64,000 bases of DNA from a virus. Its lineage: Duplodnaviria > Caudoviricetes. Shown one piece after another: positions 34,463 through 42,823 of the stretch. Under the pieces are notes generated by a model, which was not told where the DNA came from, did not search any database, and worked only from the letters and a program-made list of their open reading frames with translations. How positions within the stretch are numbered: position 1 is the stretch's first letter; every line of letters starts with the position of its first letter. The stretch covers positions 1 to 64,000 of IMG/VR virus record IMGVR_UViG_3300049142_000128; one strand, 5' to 3'. Both the position numbers and the translations under genes were made by a program.

Positions 34463-35076
34463 GGCAGCTCTCCGGCGAGGCGGGCGTAGACGACCCAGTT
34501 GTCGCGGTAGTGGCCTTCTCCGTGGTCGAACTCGCCGCCGCAGGTGATGAGCCGCAGCTCCGGGCCCGTGGTGTTGCCGTATACGCGGGAGGTCGGGAAC
34601 GCGTCCTTCGGGTAGCGCTCGAGGCGGTCGACGAGGAACCGCAGCGTCGAGGCGCCGTCGCGCGTCACGAACACCTCGTCGCCGGGGCGCAGCTCGTGCA
34701 GCCGGTAGAAGATCCCGGGCTGGCCCTTGCGGCCGCCGATCTCGCCGTCGACGTGCCCCGCGATGACGGCCGGCCCGACCTCGCCGGGCAGAACCTCGTC
34801 GCCCTCGAACGCCGGGTCCGGGCCGGCGTAGTAGCCGGCCTGCATCGGCTGGTCGGTGGGGGTTGGGACGAGCTCGCCGGTGGCCGGGTCGAGCCCGAGC
34901 GGCACCAGCGTCGAGCGGGCGTCGATGGCGGGGATCGTGATCTCCGTCGGGACGACGGCCGGCACCGGGATGGTGGCGGTCGGAGCCCCGGACGACTGCG
35001 CGGGCGGCTCGTCGGGCGCGATGGCGCACCCGACGAGCAGCACGGCGCCCGCGAGCAGGGTGACGAGCCGGATCAA
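34459..35076 (-). CDS. Class F sortase
   Basis: N-terminal anchor, PGEVGPAVIAGHVD, LRLITCGG.FD..GHYRDNWVVYA (His/Cys/Arg triad). Confidence 0.9.
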   Translation of the reverse strand: MIRLVTLLAGAVLLVGCAIAPDEPPAQSSGAPTATIPVPAVVPTEITIPAIDARSTLVPLGLDPATGELVPTPTDQPMQAGYYAGPDPAFEGDEVLPGEVGPAVIAGHVDGEIGGRKGQPGIFYRLHELRPGDEVFVTRDGASTLRFLVDRLERYPKDAFPTSRVYGNTTGPELRLITCGGEFDHGEGHYRDNWVVYARLAGELP

Positions 35077-35819
35077 GCTGGGCCGCCGCCGGTGTCGACC
35101 CCACCGGTGGGCGGGGTGCCGATCTGGTCGAAGTCGTCGTCATCGTCGTCGGCCGGGGCGGTGTCCTGCCCGGGCTCGCAGGCGACCCGGTCGCCGTCGC
35201 TGTCGATGCCGTGCGGGTCCTCTCCCGGGGTCTCGTCGAGCACGTCCTGCGCGCTCCGGCCGTCGCGGAGTGGGAAGTCGATGCAGTTGAAGTCCGGGTC
35301 GGGGTTCGGCTTCGGGTCGGGCTCGTCGCAGGCGCCGACCTGTACGCGCAGGGCGGCGTCGAGCGTGGCCTGGGCCTTGGCGAGCACGTCCTGGGCGGCC
35401 TTGAGCGCGGTCGCGGCGGTGTCGTGCACCGTGGTCAGCTCGAGCACCTTGACGATGGCGGCGATGCGCGCGTTGACCGATGCCAGCAGCTCGATGTTGC
35501 CGATGACGTCCGGGTCGTCGCGGCGGTCCTCCAGCCGGGCCCGCTCCTGGGCGGTCGGCGCGGCGAGGTTGTCGCCGAGCTTGTTGTAGGCGGCGACCGC
35601 CGTGTCAAGGTCGGCCTTCGCCCGCTTCGCCTTCTGCTCGAGGTCGGACGGGACCTTCGCCTCGTCGCGGGCGGCGAGCGCGACCGCGACGGCGGCCTTG
35701 GCCTCGATGCACGCCCTGCTGTCGGGGCCGGTGTCGTCCTGCGCGAGCGCGGCGGTGGTCGAGCCGAGCAGCCCGATCACCACGGCCGCCGCGATCGAGA
35801 CCGCGTGGGTGAACTTCAC
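35073..35819 (-). CDS. Secreted sortase-substrate-like protein with Excalibur Ca-binding domain
   Basis: Signal peptide, coiled coil, DFNCIDF...DPHGIDSDGDRVACE, terminal PTGGVDTGGG motif. Confidence 0.8.
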   Translation of the reverse strand: MKFTHAVSIAAAVVIGLLGSTTAALAQDDTGPDSRACIEAKAAVAVALAARDEAKVPSDLEQKAKRAKADLDTAVAAYNKLGDNLAAPTAQERARLEDRRDDPDVIGNIELLASVNARIAAIVKVLELTTVHDTAATALKAAQDVLAKAQATLDAALRVQVGACDEPDPKPNPDPDFNCIDFPLRDGRSAQDVLDETPGEDPHGIDSDGDRVACEPGQDTAPADDDDDDFDQIGTPPTGGVDTGGGPA

Positions 35820-36004
35820 GGGGTGGTCCTCCGTGGGATGAGGCGGGCCAGGGCCCGACGGATCCGGCCCGGCTCACGCACGGGCCGGTAGTCCGGGCAG
35901 ACGGCGCGGCCGCATCGCGAGCAGTCGTCGCCCTCCCGGTAGTGCTCGTGCGCGCCCGCGTTGTGGCCGCACCGGCAGAGCGGCCAGGCGTCGGGGCGGG
36001 TCAC
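35816..36004 (-). CDS. Small zinc-finger-like protein
   Basis: CRCGH...HEH...CSRC...C. Confidence 0.55.
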   Translation of the reverse strand: MTRPDAWPLCRCGHNAGAHEHYREGDDCSRCGRAVCPDYRPVREPGRIRRALARLIPRRTTP

Positions 36005-36052
36005 GACGCGGACCGTGCAGCCTGGCGGGCGTGCTGGGAGGGCAGTCGCGTG

Positions 36053-37504
36053 TCAGGCGGCGAGGAGGAACCGGCCGGGCTCGGGGCCGGTCGGCCCGGG
36101 TTGGATCAGCTCGAGGTGCGTGATCGTGCCGATCGCCGCGCCGGAGCTGCCGGACGCGACGGTCGTCTTGTTGTACGGGCCGGCCTTCAGGTAGCAGACC
36201 GTGGTGTCCTCGGTGAACTCCGAGACCGCCCAGTCGTGCTGCGGAGTCGTGGGGAGGTCTGCGACCTCGCCGATCGCCGCCCATAGCTGGATCCGCGCGC
36301 TGTCGATCCGGATCCGGTAAGTGATCTTCGTGGTGGCTGTCAGGCCGGTCAGGACGTTCGACAGGCCCGGGCCGTCCTTGTAGACCCTCAGCCTCGGACT
36401 CGCCACGTGGTGCTCGACGGCGAGGTAGAGCGGCGGGGTGCCGGACGGGCCGTGGATCTGCCCGACGATCATCTCCTTGCGGGGCGTGGTCCCACCGGTG
36501 ATGGACGTCGGGTCCCAGATGCCCGTGACGGTCAGCTGGCGGAAGCCGGTCGTGGCCGCGTTCCAGTCGGTGTTGCCCATCTCGCGGAACTCGCGGCGCG
36601 TCGAGGAGCTGCCACCGGTGGTCGCGCCGACGACCGGGGCGATCATCACCATGCGGTTCTGGGCGTCGAGGTAGAAGCCCGCGTCGGTGTAGGTGGCGAG
36701 TTCGGGCTGCTCGACCTCGTCGGCCCCGCTCGCGCCGGTGGGGAGGGTGAGCTTCCAACGGCTCAAGTCGAAGACGGCGCCAGGTGGGTCGGCCAGCTCT
36801 TCGCGGCCGAACACCGCGACGGCCACGCCGATCTGGTCACCGGTGCCGGCGTTGAGCGTGAAAGTCGTGCTCGTGCTCTGCCCCGCAGGGATGTCCTTCA
36901 CAGCGACGTAGCAGCCGGCGCTGCCTCCCCCGGATCCGGCCGGCCAGGCCGGGTTGTAGCCGCCCGGCTTCGTGTAGCTGTCGGAGAACGTCGGCGAGGT
37001 GCGGGCAGCCTCGTTCCCGAGGGCCGACATGGAGTCGATCACCCCGACCGCGACGGCGCGACCGTCGTGCTCTGCGACATCCGTCGTCCCGGACGCGGCC
37101 GAGGTGCGGCTCGCGTCGTTGTACGCCGGGGAGGCCTTCGCCAGCACCAGCCACGGGCCGGCGCCGTCGTCGACGAGCTCCTCGCCGTACCCGGTGTTCC
37201 CGGTGTTCGAGTTCGCACCAGTGGTGGCGGTGATCGTGGTCTCGCCGCCGACGGCGACCTTCCAGGCGATGTACAACGACACGTTCGTGCCCGGCACGGC
37301 GACCTCGAGGTGCCAGGGGTTCGCGCCGCCGTTGTTGCCGATGTTGTCGGTCACGGAGAGCGTGCCGGTGTTCTTGTCGCCGGCGAGGTAGATCGCGATC
37401 AGGTTCCCGGCCGCGCACGCCTGCGTGAACAGGTAGGTGTTGGTCGGCGACGTGAGCGATGGCTGCGTCGAGGTCGTTGCCTGCCGCTGCGTCGGGTAGC
37501 TCAT
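36053..37504 (-). CDS. Virion-associated protein with C-terminal polysaccharide lyase family 7-like domain
   Basis: FDLSRWKLTLP, TRREFRE, IVGQIHG, YLKAGPY motifs; Thr/Gly-rich beta N-terminus. Confidence 0.75.
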   Translation of the reverse strand: MSYPTQRQATTSTQPSLTSPTNTYLFTQACAAGNLIAIYLAGDKNTGTLSVTDNIGNNGGANPWHLEVAVPGTNVSLYIAWKVAVGGETTITATTGANSNTGNTGYGEELVDDGAGPWLVLAKASPAYNDASRTSAASGTTDVAEHDGRAVAVGVIDSMSALGNEAARTSPTFSDSYTKPGGYNPAWPAGSGGGSAGCYVAVKDIPAGQSTSTTFTLNAGTGDQIGVAVAVFGREELADPPGAVFDLSRWKLTLPTGASGADEVEQPELATYTDAGFYLDAQNRMVMIAPVVGATTGGSSSTRREFREMGNTDWNAATTGFRQLTVTGIWDPTSITGGTTPRKEMIVGQIHGPSGTPPLYLAVEHHVASPRLRVYKDGPGLSNVLTGLTATTKITYRIRIDSARIQLWAAIGEVADLPTTPQHDWAVSEFTEDTTVCYLKAGPYNKTTVASGSSGAAIGTITHLELIQPGPTGPEPGRFLLAA

Positions 37505-37505
37505 G

Positions 37506-39167
37506 TCAGGTCGCGGTCACCGCGGCGGCGAGCAGAGACCACGCCGCCAGGTCGGCCGAGTACTCGACGGAGGCCCGCAGCATCTGCCCCAATGGCACGG
37601 AGTAGGGCCCGCGGCTGACGCCAGTCGAGGTGCGGATCGCGCTGGCGAACGTGACGGCGCGGGTTGCGCCGGACGCGGGGATCGTCAGCTGCAGGACCTG
37701 CCCGTCCCGGGCGCCGGTCGTGGACACGCCGAGGGCGGTCACATCGGCGGTGGCGACCATCTTGACGCGGTCGCCTTCCTGCGTCGGGTCGATGGACGGG
37801 GTGGCGGAGAAGACGACGGTGCGGGGGATCTTCGTGCCGTCCTCGTCGAGCACGATGGTGGCGGGGTGGATGAACCGGGCCGGGGACATCCAGCCGTCAA
37901 GCGGGTCGGTGAGGTTGCCGGCCATCCGGATGTAGAGGCTGCGGCCGGTATCGCCGGACTCGCCGAGGCGCCACGCCTGCGTCTTCCGGGTCGGCGGGGC
38001 GCTCGTCCGGTTGAGGTTGGAGTGGCAGCCCACAACGGTGACCATGGCGTTGAGCTGGCCGCTTCCGGCGCGGAGGTGGAAGTTCGTGAGCCGGCCGGCT
38101 GCTGGGTTGTCGCTCTGGCTGGAGGAGACCTTGATGTTCGACAGGGTCGAGCCGCGGCCGCGGAGGAACTCGCACTGGAGGCCCGCGTAGTTGTCCGCCG
38201 CGGTGTCGTTGTTGCCGTAGTTCTCGATGTACCAGCCGTCGAGGTCGGTCGCGTAGCAGGCGAGGAGCCGGGCGGCGTCGTCGCCGATCCCGTACATGTG
38301 GACGTCGCGCATCGACCAGCCCGCGGCGCGGGCGAACTCGAACCCGCGTCCGCCGCCGACCGCTCCCCCGCCGGCGATCCAGCAGCCGAGCAGGTGGCCG
38401 TCCTGGTTCGCGGCGCCCCCGTTGCCGGCCGAGGTGAAGGACTGCTGCAGGATCCCGGTGGCTCCGGCTGCGGAGGCGTTGATGCGGATGTTGCGCAGCA
38501 CGTTCTCGGAGTGGCTGTTCTCCGTGACGGTGGTGCCGTCGATCCCGCGGTTGGCGAGCAGGATCGCGGCCGCGCTCGAGACGTTCGCGACGCCGGTGCC
38601 GGTGCAGTTGTGCACCTGCAGGTCGTCGAACAGGGACCAGAAGTGGAAGACGACCAGGCCGTGGGAGCCGACCTTGCCGGCGCAGTCGATGTCCAGCCCG
38701 GCGACGACGACTGGGGAGTCGCACAGCGTCGCGTTTGCGAGGTAGCCCTGCGCGGCGACGAGCGGCTGCCCGGCCGGGAAGCTCGGCCCGGCCACGAGCC
38801 GGGTGAGCCGCGCCCGCCCGCCGGCCCCGAGGAGCCGCTGGTTGGGCCGGATGACGAGGGTCTCCTCGAGCACGAGCTCGGCGCCGGCCGGGCGGGGGCC
38901 CAGCCAGATCGTCGACCCGGGCGGTGCGGCCGCCGATGCGGCGTTGATCGCTGCCGCGGTGGTCATCCCCGAGCAGTCGACGACGCCGCCGAGGCCTGCG
39001 TCCTGCCACGCGAACGCGAAGTCCGCAGGCGAGGTCTTGCGCAGCACCTGGCCCGTGTTGCCGCCGGGCGGCGGGGTTCGCGCGGTGACGAACTGCCGCG
39101 GGACGGCGTGCAGGTCCGCGGTGGGGTCCCCGGGGAGCTGGACGGGGGCGAGGAACGGGCGGGCCAT
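37506..39167 (-). CDS. Tail spike/fibre with pectate-lyase-like beta-helix
   Basis: AINAASAAAPPGSTIWL...LVIRPNQRLLGAG then repetitive beta-strands; ATG at 39167. Confidence 0.7.
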   Translation of the reverse strand: MARPFLAPVQLPGDPTADLHAVPRQFVTARTPPPGGNTGQVLRKTSPADFAFAWQDAGLGGVVDCSGMTTAAAINAASAAAPPGSTIWLGPRPAGAELVLEETLVIRPNQRLLGAGGRARLTRLVAGPSFPAGQPLVAAQGYLANATLCDSPVVVAGLDIDCAGKVGSHGLVVFHFWSLFDDLQVHNCTGTGVANVSSAAAILLANRGIDGTTVTENSHSENVLRNIRINASAAGATGILQQSFTSAGNGGAANQDGHLLGCWIAGGGAVGGGRGFEFARAAGWSMRDVHMYGIGDDAARLLACYATDLDGWYIENYGNNDTAADNYAGLQCEFLRGRGSTLSNIKVSSSQSDNPAAGRLTNFHLRAGSGQLNAMVTVVGCHSNLNRTSAPPTRKTQAWRLGESGDTGRSLYIRMAGNLTDPLDGWMSPARFIHPATIVLDEDGTKIPRTVVFSATPSIDPTQEGDRVKMVATADVTALGVSTTGARDGQVLQLTIPASGATRAVTFASAIRTSTGVSRGPYSVPLGQMLRASVEYSADLAAWSLLAAAVTAT

Positions 39168-39169
39168 CG

Positions 39170-40285
39170 CTACGCGGCGACCATGAACCGGTAGGCGTTC
39201 GCGGCCGGGGCGCCCGGGAGGGTGATGGTGACGTTGTTGGCGTCGGCGGCGACGTCGTCGACCTCGACGAGCTGCCCGGGTGTCGGGCCGGCCGGGCCGT
39301 ACCGCACGACGACGAGCGGGGAGGCGTTGCCGGCGCCGTGGTTGAAGGTCACGGCCGCCCCGGCCACGGTGATCGGTAGCCCGTCGACGGTGCCGGACGC
39401 GGTCGGGACGATGCCCTGCCACTTACGCAGCACGCGGCCGGTGTCGATGCCGACGGCGTCGGCCGTCACGAGGATGCCGGGGCCCTGCCCGACGTCGTAG
39501 GTCGAGCCGGTCTTCGTGAGGCCGGCGCCCGCGATGCCAACCTCACCGGTGCTCGCCCCGTACGGGGAGAACGTCAGCGGGGTGGTGCCGATCGTGATCG
39601 GCCCGTCGGTGGTGAGCATGTAGAGCCGGTCGCCCTGGGTGCTGCCGGCGCTCACGGGGACGATCGACCCGGGCGGCAGCTCCGCGGCGGTGTCGGCGTC
39701 GCTCGCGCGGGTCCACGTCCCGTTCGTCCCGGTGCCCAGGGACGACACCACGTAGATGCCGTTCAGCTCGGCCGCGGTCTGGTCCTTCACGAGGACGCGG
39801 TCGTTCGCGGCGAGCGTCACGCCGTCGAGGGTGTTCGGCGCGCCTCCGGCGAGGTTGGCGATGTTCGCGGTGCTCGCGGCCCGGACGGCGGTCTTGAAGT
39901 GCTGGTTGTTGACCAGCGCGAGGAGCTGCCCGTACGTGGCCGCGTCGCTGCCGGCGGAGCCATCCGCGAGCCCGGTGATCTTCCTGCCGTTGAGGCCGAC
40001 GTCCGCGGTGGGCGCGGCGAGCTGGTCGAGCCGCGCGGTGAACACCTGCGTCATGAAGTCGGAGACCCGGGACGCGGTGATCGATCCGGTGGTGGCGGCG
40101 AGGTCCATCACGTTGATCGCGGTGGTGCCGTTCCAGAACCGCAGCTGGTTGAGGTCGGTGCGGTACCAGAGGCGGCCCGCGTCGCCGGCGCCGAGGCCGG
40201 CCGGGTCGGAGGTGACCGGGTGCATCAGGGCGCCGATCAGCGCGAACCCGGTGAGGTCGATGTTCGCCAGGAAGCGACGGGGCAC
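39170..40285 (-). CDS. Minor tail / tail-fibre protein
   Basis: DAATYGQL...VRAASTANI...LDGVTLAANDRVLVKDQT..NGIYVV tail-fibre motif. Confidence 0.75.
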   Translation of the reverse strand: MPRRFLANIDLTGFALIGALMHPVTSDPAGLGAGDAGRLWYRTDLNQLRFWNGTTAINVMDLAATTGSITASRVSDFMTQVFTARLDQLAAPTADVGLNGRKITGLADGSAGSDAATYGQLLALVNNQHFKTAVRAASTANIANLAGGAPNTLDGVTLAANDRVLVKDQTAAELNGIYVVSSLGTGTNGTWTRASDADTAAELPPGSIVPVSAGSTQGDRLYMLTTDGPITIGTTPLTFSPYGASTGEVGIAGAGLTKTGSTYDVGQGPGILVTADAVGIDTGRVLRKWQGIVPTASGTVDGLPITVAGAAVTFNHGAGNASPLVVVRYGPAGPTPGQLVEVDDVAADANNVTITLPGAPAANAYRFMVAA

Positions 40286-40298
40286 GGGTGGCGTCCTC

Positions 40299-40958
40299 TC
40301 AGCTCAGGTAGATCACGCCGGCGAACGGGGCGCCGTACGCGAGTTCGATGACCCCGTCGACGGGGTAGGCGGCGGCGTCGTACTCGACGTCCTGGCCGAG
40401 CAGGTCGACCGAGCGGATCCCGGCCGGCTTCCACGGGAGCCCGTGGGCGACCTGTATGACGGTGGCCGGCGTGGACTGGGTGTGTTCGTAGCCGCCGCCT
40501 CCTCCGCCGCCGACCGGGGTGAGGGGCCGCCAGAGGCCGTCGCCGCCTTTGGTGAGCACCTGCCCGGGGCTGCCGGTGTCGGCGCCGGTGACGTCCTCGA
40601 GGTCGTCGAGGCGGCGCGCGCCGACCGAACCGGCAGGCGGGGGCGGGCAGCACGGAGCTGCCGCGGGATCGATGATCGCGATGTCGCGCAGCTGGAACGG
40701 GCCGGGGCCGTCCGGGACGACCGCGGCGTGCTGCGCCCCGGGTTCCTCGATCCGATACCAGGTGCTGTCGGCGTCGTAGCTCGAGCTCGCGGGCAGGTCG
40801 AGCGACCAGGAGCCGTCCTGCTCGATCGTGGTCGTCCACGTCGTGACGGCCTCGCGGACGCCGCCGCCGGTCGTGTACCAGCCGACCGGGGCCATGAGCC
40901 GGGCCACGACGGTGCGGCCGGCTGGCACCGGCTGCATCGTGTTGACCACCTGACCCAC
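40299..40958 (-). CDS. Minor tail protein
   Basis: LDDLEDV repeat and GQVLTK motif; located among tail genes. Confidence 0.6.
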   Translation of the reverse strand: MGQVVNTMQPVPAGRTVVARLMAPVGWYTTGGGVREAVTTWTTTIEQDGSWSLDLPASSSYDADSTWYRIEEPGAQHAAVVPDGPGPFQLRDIAIIDPAAAPCCPPPPAGSVGARRLDDLEDVTGADTGSPGQVLTKGGDGLWRPLTPVGGGGGGGYEHTQSTPATVIQVAHGLPWKPAGIRSVDLLGQDVEYDAAAYPVDGVIELAYGAPFAGVIYLS

Positions 40959-41006
40959 GGGCGGCAGTCCATCGGCCGCGGGCCGGCGGCCCGGTTCAGT
41001 CGCGTG

Positions 41007-41867
41007 TCAGCCGGGCAGCTCGCCGAGCCCGTCGCCGTCGTCGCCGCTCGCGGGTGGGGTCGCGGAGTCCGGGTCAACGCACGTGATCGACCGCGCGTAC
41101 GTGACCCCGTCCGTGCCCTCGACGGGGCCGGTCTCGACGGGCCGGTATCCCTCGGGGCAGTCCGGGCCCGGGGAGCCGGTCTCGCCCCGCTCGCCCTGCG
41201 GGAGCGGGCCGGCGTCCTGCGTGCTGCCGTCGGTGTAGGTGACGACGAGCCGGCCGTCGACCTGGTCGACCGACGCGACCCCGCGCCCCGCCGGTCCGTC
41301 GCCGCCGTCCGCGCCGTCCTGCCCGTCCTCGCCGTCGCGGCCGACGACCGGGCCGAGGTCGACCCGCTGCCCGTCGGTGTAGGTGAGCACGAGCCTGCCG
41401 TCGACGATGTCGCTGCTCTCGATCCCGCGCCCGGGAGGCCCCTGCTCGCCGTCGCGGCCGACGACACGGCCGACGTCCTCGCTGGTGCCGTCCGTGTAGG
41501 CGACGATCAAGTGCCCCGCCGGGTTGACGTCGGTGCTAGTGATGCCGCGCCCGTCCTGGCCGTCCGAGCCGTCGCTGCCGGGGATCGGCTGGGCCTGAAC
41601 CTCGCTGGCGCGGCTGCAGAGCGGGTCGTCCGGGCGGAGCACCCCGGTCGAGCAGGCCTGCTGCACCTGGGATGCGAGGCCGAGGGCCTGCCCGGCTGCG
41701 GCGTCCCGCTCCCCCTCGACGCTGCTGCCGCGCGTGGCGAGCCACACGACGCCGCCGATCGCGACGAGAGCGACCACGACGAGCGCGATGAGCAGGACAC
41801 GACCGCGCGTATCGCGGTCGTCGTCATCCGGCAGATGCGTGTCGGGGACGGCGTCCAGCCTCTCCAT
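41007..41867 (-). CDS. Membrane-anchored collagen-like repeat protein
   Basis: TM segment, Gly-X-Y runs, three GRGI...V..GHL(I/V)..YTDG repeats; start uncertain. Confidence 0.7.
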   Translation of the reverse strand: MERLDAVPDTHLPDDDDRDTRGRVLLIALVVVALVAIGGVVWLATRGSSVEGERDAAAGQALGLASQVQQACSTGVLRPDDPLCSRASEVQAQPIPGSDGSDGQDGRGITSTDVNPAGHLIVAYTDGTSEDVGRVVGRDGEQGPPGRGIESSDIVDGRLVLTYTDGQRVDLGPVVGRDGEDGQDGADGGDGPAGRGVASVDQVDGRLVVTYTDGSTQDAGPLPQGERGETGSPGPDCPEGYRPVETGPVEGTDGVTYARSITCVDPDSATPPASGDDGDGLGELPG

Positions 41868-42144
41868 CAGGTCCGGCCGCGAGTGTGCCGGGCTCGTCGT
41901 CGTAGGTGTCCTCATCGGCTGTCAACGTCCTCAGGAGCTCCGGTCGCGGTGGAGGCCGCACCCCGCGCGAGGTCCACCCCTTCCGCTCGAGCGTGTACAG
42001 GTGCACGTCGTACTCCTGCACGAGCGCCCGCAGCCGCCGGTTCTCCCGGCGTTGCACCCGGCTCTGGCGCTGGAAGTAGGCGCCGATCGCGGGGATCGCC
42101 AGCAGCAGCGCGCCGAGCACGCTGCCGATCAGCGTGAAGTCCAC
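41824..42144 (-). CDS. Small single-TM membrane protein
   Basis: N-terminal hydrophobic helix followed by coiled coil. Confidence 0.6.
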   Translation of the reverse strand: MDFTLIGSVLGALLLAIPAIGAYFQRQSRVQRRENRRLRALVQEYDVHLYTLERKGWTSRGVRPPPRPELLRTLTADEDTYDDEPGTLAAGPDGEAGRRPRHASAG

Positions 42145-42251
42145 CCACCACTCCTCCAGCTCCGCGCGGTCGGCTCAGCGCACGCGGCTTCCCGGCGCAG
42201 TGCACGCGATCAGCCGAGCGGTGAGCCGATCAGACGCGTGTCCGGGCGCGG

Positions 42252-42611
42252 TCAGGACCAGGGGTTCTCGCCCTGGGTGATCGTGAACGGGGGGTAGACG
42301 CGCTCCGGCGGCTCGTCGGGGATCTCCCCGTCGGCTGGGTGCCACCGCTGCAGGAGGCCGCCCGCCGGTTCGACCCATTGCTCGACGCCGTACCGCATGA
42401 CGGTGTCGCCGAGCTCGGCCACGCCGCCCGGTCCGACCGGGCCTGGCGGGACGACGAGGACGTGGCGGCCGTCGTCGCGAAGCTCGAGCTCGCCGCCGCA
42501 CCACTCGGCCAGCTCGGCCACCGCCTCCATCGTGAACTGGCGGCCCTCGGCGACGACGTCCTGCCGGACGACGGGACGGAGTTCGTAGTAGCGCTGCAGG
42601 TACTGCGGCAT
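42252..42611 (-). CDS. Hypothetical phage protein
   Basis: MPQYLQRYYELRP...; TGATG coupling. Confidence 0.55.
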   Translation of the reverse strand: MPQYLQRYYELRPVVRQDVVAEGRQFTMEAVAELAEWCGGELELRDDGRHVLVVPPGPVGPGGVAELGDTVMRYGVEQWVEPAGGLLQRWHPADGEIPDEPPERVYPPFTITQGENPWS

Positions 42612-42823
42612 CACGGCTCCGCGGTCGCCGCCGGCTGCGGCTTCTGCTGGTTCTCCAGCTGGACGACGCGCTGCTGCAGGACGTCGGCCGCGACGCGCCA
42701 CTGCGCCCGCTCCCACAGCGCGCGGCCGAGGTCGCTCGAGCACAGCTCGCGGATGACGAGCGCCGGGTCGACCTCGATCGGCGGCGGGCTGGCCGGCGCG
42801 GTGGCCGTGGCGGTGTCGGTCAC
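42611..42823 (-). CDS. Small coiled-coil protein (possible tail chaperone)
   Basis: Coupled to the large tail gene. Confidence 0.5.
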   Translation of the reverse strand: MTDTATATAPASPPPIEVDPALVIRELCSSDLGRALWERAQWRVAADVLQQRVVQLENQQKPQPAATAEP

